Source of the DNA: a bacterium
GTDB taxonomy: Bacteria > UBA8248
Reading direction: 5' to 3'
DNA: 64,000 nt
Assembly (NCBI GenBank): GCA_963692865.2
Contig: OY843592.1
Coordinates: 2,144,001 to 2,208,000 of the forward strand
Positions 57,898 through 64,000 of the stretch are shown here, one piece after another (the first letter of the stretch is position 1; each line of letters starts with the position of its first letter). The position numbers and the translations under genes were made by a program. The notes under the pieces are model-generated. The model ran no database searches and had not been told where the DNA came from. It saw only the letters and a list, made by a program, of their open reading frames with translations.

Positions 57898-58239
57898 ATG
57901 CCGAATAAAAACAGGATTACACGGACGCCGCCGGGCGCAGTCGAGGACGCCATCAGGCGCCTGGGCCGGAACATCCGCACGGCGCGGCTGCGCCGGAGGC
58001 TGCGCATCGAGGATGTGGCGAACCGCATCGGCGCTTCGCGCTTCACGGTCGCGGACGTCGAGAAGGGGAAACCCGGCGCGTCGATGGCCGCCTACGCGGG
58101 CGCGCTGTGGGCGCTCGGCCTGCTGGAGGGCATGAGCGAAGTGGCCGACCCCGACCGCGACGAGGAGGGCAAGACGCTGGAGAGCGCCGGAAGCCCCCGG
58201 CGGGCGCCGCGCCGCAGGAGGCTCGACAATGACTTCTGA
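57898..58239 (+). CDS. XRE/HipB-like HTH antitoxin
   Basis: LGRNIRTARLRRRL...VA.RIG.SR.TV..VEKGKPG. Confidence 0.85.
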   Translation: MPNKNRITRTPPGAVEDAIRRLGRNIRTARLRRRLRIEDVANRIGASRFTVADVEKGKPGASMAAYAGALWALGLLEGMSEVADPDRDEEGKTLESAGSPRRAPRRRRLDNDF

Positions 58240-58285
58240 GGGCGAGTGCTTCGTCTGCGTCGTTCTCCCCGGTGAGACCGGTTCC
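58229..58285 (+). pseudogene. HipA-like toxin N-terminal stub
   Basis: ATG overlapping the HTH gene end; MTSEGECFVCVVLPGET resembles HipA N-termini of the MTS..CFVYI.LPG type, then homology is lost. Confidence 0.6.
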
Positions 58286-58344
58286 GGGGGGAATGGGAAG
58301 TTCGTGGGTCGAGGCGGCGGGATTATCTCTATGTGGAGGCATTC

Positions 58345-58932
58345 ATGGCGGATGCGTTAGGGAAACTCGGGGTTGCAAGGAAAGACGGCGGTGAGCGCTT
58401 TCGGGCAGGTGGCTCCGAACTGGATTTCAGCGTGCTCGATTATTGGCGATGGTCGGCCTCCGATCTGGTCGGCAACACGGCCCGAGGGATTCTGGCGGAA
58501 TACATCGTGGCCCGCGCCCTTGAGATTGCGACCGATAGAGAGGTTCGCGACGAGTGGGCGCCGTTCGACCTCCAGACGCCGGACGGGGTGAAGATAGAGG
58601 TCAAATCCGCGGCGTACGTCCAGAGTTGGGCGCAGGCCCGCTTCTCCCGGATCAGTTTCGGGACGCCCAAGACGCGCGCGTGGGACTCCGAAAGCAACTC
58701 CTACGACTCCGAACCCAAACGCCAGGCCGACGTTTACGTGTTCGCGCTCTTCGCGCAGCGGGAAATGCCTGTCGAGCCGCTCGACCTCGATCAGTGGAAA
58801 TTCTACGCGCTATCCGCCTTGAAGCTCGATGAGCGCAAGTCGATATCGCTGTCCGCTTTGAAAAAACTCGCTTCGCCCGTCGCCTATCACGAACTCGCAG
58901 ACGCCGTGAGAGAAGCCGCCGTGAGAGATTGA
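58345..58932 (+). CDS. Hypothetical protein with a PD-(D/E)xK nuclease-like motif
   Basis: RGILAEYIVA, FDL......IEVKSAAY.QSW, ADVYVF. Confidence 0.7.
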   Translation: MADALGKLGVARKDGGERFRAGGSELDFSVLDYWRWSASDLVGNTARGILAEYIVARALEIATDREVRDEWAPFDLQTPDGVKIEVKSAAYVQSWAQARFSRISFGTPKTRAWDSESNSYDSEPKRQADVYVFALFAQREMPVEPLDLDQWKFYALSALKLDERKSISLSALKKLASPVAYHELADAVREAAVRD

Positions 58933-59024
58933 CGCCCGCCCGATCCTTCGCGCCTGTTGCAGTGGTTCAGGTTTTGGCGGGATTTCACCGAAAAGCCTCC
59001 CGCAATAGTCCCCTCTCTCCCGCG

Positions 59025-59108
59025 TTTATGTTTATTTTAGCCGGTTTATCAATTCCATATAATACGCCTAAAAAACGTATAATCCCTTTTCACTTGACCG
59101 GGAGGGTG
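59025..59108 (+). repeat. Direct repeat of the AT-rich upstream region 57751-57835
   Basis: TTTAGCCGGTTTAT.AATTCCATATAAT....TAA.AAACG.ATAATCCCTTTT..CTTGACCGG in both. Confidence 0.85.
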
Positions 59109-59328
59109 AAGTTTTTCGCCTGTATCGTCTTCTCCTGAAGGACGCAGTTCGGGACGGCGCTCCGCAGCGGATTCCTATATGACGGCTTGTTTTCAGGGTC
59201 GGGAGTTGGCCGTGTATGCGGGCAGCAGGGCGAGAGGGGGTTGAACGAATCGGCAACGAGCCGCGGGATGGTTCGGCGTTTCGTCTTGGTTTTCCTGAAA
59301 CTCTCCCGGAGAATACGCAATCCCTCCT

Positions 59329-59462
59329 TCCCCGGTCGGGATGGACCCCTCAACACCCCATCACCCGCGCATGACCTCGCCCGTCGTATTCGAGGGGGCG
59401 CGCGTCGCGCGTCACGAGCGTGCGTCCGAGTTCCCGCGCCTCGGCGAGAAGGATCCGGCCTT
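59329..59462 (-). pseudogene. Second duplicate of the vapC 3' end
   Basis: RILLAEARELGRTLVTRDARPLEYDGRGHARVMGC* versus RILLATARAFGYTLVTRDAHLLEYGEQGHVRVMGC*; the downstream flank is also similar. Confidence 0.88.
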
Positions 59463-59932
59463 CCTTGTCTCGAAAAACGCGATCCTCTCTTCTGCGAACG
59501 AGGATGTCCTTCCTTGCGCCGCCGCATTTTCTCATCCTCCCTCAACCGGCGAACCGCAATCGCTCCTTCATCGGTCGCGGTTGACCTCCCCGCCCGGGAT
59601 TGGGCGCGCATTTCCCCGCATTTGGCGTCATCGGGTTTTCGCCCGCGTGGGCGAGAATCCCCCGCGAGGAGGGACGTTCTGATGGAGATGAATCCGGACG
59701 GCGCGGCAAAGGCGGAACGGCGAGAGGGCGTCGAGGCGACGGAGCGCCCTGGAAGCGGATTGAAAACCCCGACTTCGAATTCCTGAACAATTGTATAAAA
59801 TTGGATAAATTCACGACGTTTTTCGATAAATTGACTGTGTTTTTCCGGCAATAAAAACGGGCGCACCAGGCGGGAGACGGGGACGGAAATGTACTTTAAT
59901 TATTTTATATAAATGGTTGATATATAAGGTAA

Positions 59933-60466
59933 TTATTCTTTCTTTGCGCGCCAGCAGCGCGGGTCGTGGGGTTCGGGTATCCTGCCCACGCTCTCGAGAT
60001 AGGCTTCTGCGATCTTGGGTCCCATGAAGACGAATTCTTGACGGAATATCCTTTGCAGCGAGGGCAGATCGTCCGGCAGGGAGGCGAGGTAGCGGTTGAA
60101 CGAGCCGTGTTTTTTCCGGATGGCGAGGAATCTCCTGGCGTTCTCGATGGTCGCCTCGATTTTCTTGCGGTTGCGCACGACGCCCGGGTTTCCGAGGATG
60201 CGCCCGATGTCCTTCTCGGTGAAACGGGCGACTTTTTCGGGCGAGAACCGCATGAATTCTTTTCTGAACGCCTCGCGCTTGTGCAGTATCGTGCGCCACG
60301 AGAGGCCCGCCTGGAAGATTTCGAGCGAGAGTTGTTCGAAGTGTTTCCGGGTCGTGCGGACGGGAAACCCCCATTCCTCGTCATGGTATTTCTCCATCAC
60401 CGGGTCGCCCTCGGCCCACGTGCATCGCCTGGGATTCGGGATGTCTTTTCGCGTTCTGGGGGACAT
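59933..60466 (-). CDS. tag: DNA-3-methyladenine glycosylase I
   Basis: RCTWA, YHDEEWG, FQAGLSW.TIL.KRE, VRNRKKI, H...C. Confidence 0.93.
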   Translation of the reverse strand: MSPRTRKDIPNPRRCTWAEGDPVMEKYHDEEWGFPVRTTRKHFEQLSLEIFQAGLSWRTILHKREAFRKEFMRFSPEKVARFTEKDIGRILGNPGVVRNRKKIEATIENARRFLAIRKKHGSFNRYLASLPDDLPSLQRIFRQEFVFMGPKIAEAYLESVGRIPEPHDPRCWRAKKE

Positions 60467-60494
60467 ACGCTCTCTCGGCAGGCGGGTTTCGGGG

Positions 60495-61157
60495 CTACAG
60501 GGGCCACTCCTCCATCTTCCAGCTCATGTCCCAGAAGAGGTATTCGTATCGCGTGCCCATCAGGAAATGCGCGCGCATGCGCTCGCGCTCGGCGGGGCCC
60601 GCCGCCGCCGCGGCCTCATCGAACATTTCGCGCAGCCAGCGGGCGAGCCCGGCAAACTCTTCAGACGCGTAGGTCTCTATCCACTCGGCGTGGAGCGGCG
60701 CGTTCTCGGGAATCCCCCTGGCGGCGAGCATCTCGCCGATGATGGCGTAGTCCCACTGGCAGGGCAGCATGGCGGCGGCGACCTCTCCGAACGTGCCCGA
60801 ATAGGCCGCCTCGAGCAGGAAATCGGTGTATCCCCTGCAGGTGGGCGCAGGTCTGGTCGCCTCTATCTCATCATTCGATATCCCGAATTTCGCCGCGAAT
60901 CCCCGGTGGAGTTCCATCTCGGTGTTCAGCGTGGCGTTCAGGAGATCCGCGAAACGCCCCATCTCCGCCAGCTCGGGGGCCTTCACGACGGCCAGGGCGA
61001 TGACGCGGCTGTATTCCTTCAAAAAAATGTAGTCCTGGCGCATGTAGAAGCGGAACTGCTCCAGCGGCAGCGTGCCGTCCCCGATGCCCCGGACGAAGGG
61101 GTGCGCATGAATTTTTTCCCAGAGTGGCGCCGCTTCTGCGCGGAGCGCCTCGCTCAT
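60495..61157 (-). CDS. tenA: Thiaminase II / TenA
   Basis: HPFV.GIGDGTLP..FRFY..QDY.FL, LPC.W.Y, EWIETYAS, YEYLFWDM. Confidence 0.93.
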   Translation of the reverse strand: MSEALRAEAAPLWEKIHAHPFVRGIGDGTLPLEQFRFYMRQDYIFLKEYSRVIALAVVKAPELAEMGRFADLLNATLNTEMELHRGFAAKFGISNDEIEATRPAPTCRGYTDFLLEAAYSGTFGEVAAAMLPCQWDYAIIGEMLAARGIPENAPLHAEWIETYASEEFAGLARWLREMFDEAAAAAGPAERERMRAHFLMGTRYEYLFWDMSWKMEEWPL

Positions 61158-61182
61158 TTTCGTTTCAGGGTTCAATATGGCC

Positions 61183-61515
61183 TCACAAGTTGTCGAGAAT
61201 TTTCTTGGATCGGCCCTTCTCCAGTGTTTCACCGAAAGAATCGCCCAGGTCGACGCCCAGTTGCTGGGCGCGCTTCTGGGCCCAGAGCCCGATGTTGCGA
61301 TCGTCTTTGTAGAAAGACCCGTCCTGCGGCTTCGATGGGTCGAACGAATCGAGCCGCTGGGCTTCGGTCTGGTGCGAGGAGAAGCGCGACATGATTTTTC
61401 TCAGTCTCTTGTTCCCGCAGGCGCGGCAGGTGAGTTTTCTCCTGTCCGAGGGCTTCATCACCAGGTGGCCGGAGATGAAGCCGCACTCCCTGCACTCGTA
61501 TTCATAGATCGGCAT
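61183..61515 (-). CDS. FmdB-family zinc ribbon protein
   Basis: MPIYEYECRECG...CRACG. Confidence 0.88.
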   Translation of the reverse strand: MPIYEYECRECGFISGHLVMKPSDRRKLTCRACGNKRLRKIMSRFSSHQTEAQRLDSFDPSKPQDGSFYKDDRNIGLWAQKRAQQLGVDLGDSFGETLEKGRSKKILDNL

Positions 61516-62791
61516 CGGGTGAATCCCTCGTCTCCATGTCCGCGCCCAGCGCCGTCATGCGCTCGCAAAAATCAGGGAATGTTACCGCCATCGCCTCGGC
61601 CGTGTCGACCGATACGCCCTCCGGCGCGGCGAGTCCGGCAACGGCGGCGGACATGACGATGCGGTGGTCGCCGAACCCGTGAACGGCCCCTCCCTTGAGA
61701 CCGCCGCCCCGGATGATGATGCCGTCGGTCAGTTCGCTCGCTTCTCCGCCCAGCGTTTCGATGACTTCGCGCATGGCGGAGATTCTGTCCGTCTCCTTGA
61801 TGCGGGCCTGGGGCGTGTTGAGGAGCCTGGTTTCCCCGTCCGCGAACGCGCCGAGCACGGCCATGACGGGCAGCAGGTCGGGCGTGGCGTTCAAGTCGAA
61901 TTCCCCTCCGCGCAGCGCCTTCCCTCGGATTCGGACGCCGGCCTCCGAGACGAGAACCTCGGCACCCATTTCTTCGATGAAGCGGAGAACCTCCTTGTCG
62001 CCTTGCGAGTCACCGAGGTCCAGGCCTTCGAGCGTCACGTCGCCGCCCGGCAGCGCACCTGCGGCCACCAAAAAGGCGGCGGAACTCCAATCGGCGGGGA
62101 CGGTGACTTCGAATCCCGGGAGCGTCTGCCCGCCCGGAACGGTGAAACTGCGGTATTCATCGCGCTCGTATTCCAATCCCAGGCGATCCAGCCACCACAG
62201 CGTCATTTCCACGTAAGGACGCTCGTTCAGGTCGGTCGGCTCGATGGTGGTCGTCTCCTCGCCGAAGGGCGCGTTCAGGAGCAGGGAGGACGTGAACTGG
62301 CTGGTCGTCCCGTCGACTTTCGTCCGCCCGCCGCGCCACGGGCCGCCCACCGTGGCGGGGAGATAACCGTTATTGCCGGATCGTGCGCTTGCGCCCAGGT
62401 TCGATAGCGCATCGAGCAGCGGCCCCATCGGGCGTTTTCTGGTTTGCGAATCCCCGTCGAAGCGCGCTTCGCCGTCTTGCATGAGGGCGGCGGTGCCGAG
62501 CGCCATCCGACAGGTGGTTCCCGAATTCCCTACGTCCAGAACTCCATGCGGCGCTTTGGGGCGGGCGCCGAAGCCCTCCACCGACCAGACGTCTTCTTCC
62601 TTGTTTATCTCGGCGCCGAAGCTCCCGTAGACGCTTGCCGCCGAGAGGCCGTCCGCAGAATCGAGGGGGTTCAGAATCACGCTTTTTCCCGACGCCAGGG
62701 ATGCGAACGCGACGGCGCGGATGGAGTGGGATTTCGAACCGGGAACGCCGCTGGTTCCCTTGGCGGTGGATGGTTTGACCGACAGTATCAT
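61502..62791 (-). CDS. aroA: 3-phosphoshikimate 1-carboxyvinyltransferase
   Basis: PGSKS, GNSGTT.R, RPMGPL, SQFTSSLL, RIKETDRI, DHRIVM. Confidence 0.96.
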   Translation of the reverse strand: MILSVKPSTAKGTSGVPGSKSHSIRAVAFASLASGKSVILNPLDSADGLSAASVYGSFGAEINKEEDVWSVEGFGARPKAPHGVLDVGNSGTTCRMALGTAALMQDGEARFDGDSQTRKRPMGPLLDALSNLGASARSGNNGYLPATVGGPWRGGRTKVDGTTSQFTSSLLLNAPFGEETTTIEPTDLNERPYVEMTLWWLDRLGLEYERDEYRSFTVPGGQTLPGFEVTVPADWSSAAFLVAAGALPGGDVTLEGLDLGDSQGDKEVLRFIEEMGAEVLVSEAGVRIRGKALRGGEFDLNATPDLLPVMAVLGAFADGETRLLNTPQARIKETDRISAMREVIETLGGEASELTDGIIIRGGGLKGGAVHGFGDHRIVMSAAVAGLAAPEGVSVDTAEAMAVTFPDFCERMTALGADMETRDSPDADL

Positions 62792-62818
62792 GACGATGAT
62801 CGTGTCTGGCGGCGGTTT

Positions 62819-63181
62819 TTAGCGGTCATCGCTCAGGTAGCGGCCGAGCATGTCGCGGGAGTGTTCATCCTCGTGGCAATCCACGCACAGATTCTCCCAG
62901 TTGCTCCCGTCGGGCGGATTGTTCTTGTGATCGCCGTCTCGGTGGTGAACCGTCAGGATGTGGAGGTTGTTTTCATCAAAATCCCGGCCGCATTTCGCGC
63001 AGAACCAGCCGTGAATATCGAGCGACTTGCGTCTGTAATCCTGCGCGCTCTTGCCCACGCTCGCCGAGGACTTGAGGCGCGCGGCGACGTCTTTTGCGCT
63101 TTCGCCGGTGGGGGCGGGCGTCCGGGGAGCGCTCCTGCGTCCCGGGCGGCGTCTGTTCGCGCTGAATCTCGTTCTGGCCAT
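62819..63181 (-). CDS. YajD-family HNH nuclease
   Basis: CAKCGR, LTVHHRDGDH.NNPPDGSNWENLCVDCHEDEH. Confidence 0.9.
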   Translation of the reverse strand: MARTRFSANRRRPGRRSAPRTPAPTGESAKDVAARLKSSASVGKSAQDYRRKSLDIHGWFCAKCGRDFDENNLHILTVHHRDGDHKNNPPDGSNWENLCVDCHEDEHSRDMLGRYLSDDR

Positions 63182-63288
63182 CGAACCAACCTCCCATCGT
63201 CAAGAGCCATCCTAGCAAATCGCGCTATAATGAGGAAGATCGTGTGGTATTTCCGATATCCTGGTGGGTGGGGAACGCGAGTGAGGGA

Positions 63289-63933
63289 ATGCTTGCGCCG
63301 AGGAGAACCCGGATGCGAAGCTCACGGAGACGCTGGTGGCGATGGTTGATCCTGCTCGTCTTGCTGTCTCCCTTCCTCGGGGTCGGCAGTCTGTACGGGA
63401 TTCGCGCCGTGGAATCCTACGATCCCTTTTGCACGGTCTGCCACCTCCGGGATCACCAGGATTATCTCGACGACGGCGCGCGCGCGGAGAACATGGTCAG
63501 GACGCTGGGCGGGTGGCACAAGAGCGCAGGCGGGGTGAAGTGTATTTCCTGTCACGGGGAGGAGGGCATCACGGGGATGATCCGCACGACGATTTTGGCG
63601 AACAAGGATTTGTATAAATTCATCATCGGCGACTACGAGCAGCCCTCGCGCGTTTTCCACCCCATTCTCGATAAGGACTGCGTGAAGTGTCACGACGAGG
63701 TGCGCCTCCTGGAACTGGACGACGACGCGTTTCACGCCATCTCGGACCACGCGGAACTGAAAGCCGACTGCGTGGGGTGCCATAACGGCCACCGTCCGGG
63801 CGGGGAGCGAGAAAAGGGGTTTATGGTGGCGGCGACGGCGCAGCCGCGCTGTGACGCCTGCCACGATGAACTGGAGCAGAAAGTGGATTTGAAGGACCTG
63901 GAGCCGTTTCCCAAGAAAGAATCTGACAGCTAG
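63289..63933 (+). CDS. Membrane-anchored pentaheme cytochrome c (NapC/NirT-like N-terminus)
   Basis: One TM segment plus CTVCH, CISCH, CVKCH, CVGCH, CDACH; start uncertain. Confidence 0.88.
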   Translation: MLAPRRTRMRSSRRRWWRWLILLVLLSPFLGVGSLYGIRAVESYDPFCTVCHLRDHQDYLDDGARAENMVRTLGGWHKSAGGVKCISCHGEEGITGMIRTTILANKDLYKFIIGDYEQPSRVFHPILDKDCVKCHDEVRLLELDDDAFHAISDHAELKADCVGCHNGHRPGGEREKGFMVAATAQPRCDACHDELEQKVDLKDLEPFPKKESDS

Positions 63934-64000
63934 GGGCGTGCTTTCCTCGGATTTCACCCGCCGCGTGATTCCCGATATGGAGCGGATTCCCTGAAAGGAC

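Noticed and set aside
62819-63181. HNH gene as mobiliser of the repeats
   Set aside because: Looks like the conserved housekeeping YajD type and is not flanked by any of the repeat families

Overview
GC-rich bacterial chromosomal window with core genes (gap-pgk-tpiA-secG, tRNA-Leu(GAG), def, aroA, rimI, tag, tenA, M16 peptidase pair, Opp-type ABC transporter) and many divergent catabolic paralogs (SdhABC-like plus fumarate/tartrate hydratase, LeuCD-like, hydantoinase A/B, CocE, SDRs). The main observations not shown by the ORF track are these. (1) A probable selenoprotein operon at 3517-4704: a DsbA/FrnE-like gene whose true N-terminus reads C-Y-V-TGA-P, a DUF971 gene, and an unannotated 47-codon ORF reading C-P-T-TGA; both TGAs are followed by a SECIS-like hairpin at matching distance, and the operon lies next to a TauE/SafE exporter and a sulfite/nitrite reductase. 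(2) A dense, nested set of non-autonomous palindromic elements (GTAG-REPs inside IS-like MITEs inside CCCCTCAAGGGG hairpin elements), including a 1.3-kb ABAB tandem array, with no transposase in the window. (3) Integrase-free accessory cassettes bracketed by duplicated 3' ends of host genes (def, an SDR, vapC). (4) A defence/TA islet where antitoxins are intact but their toxins are reduced to stubs. All calls come from reading motifs by eye; no database searches were run.
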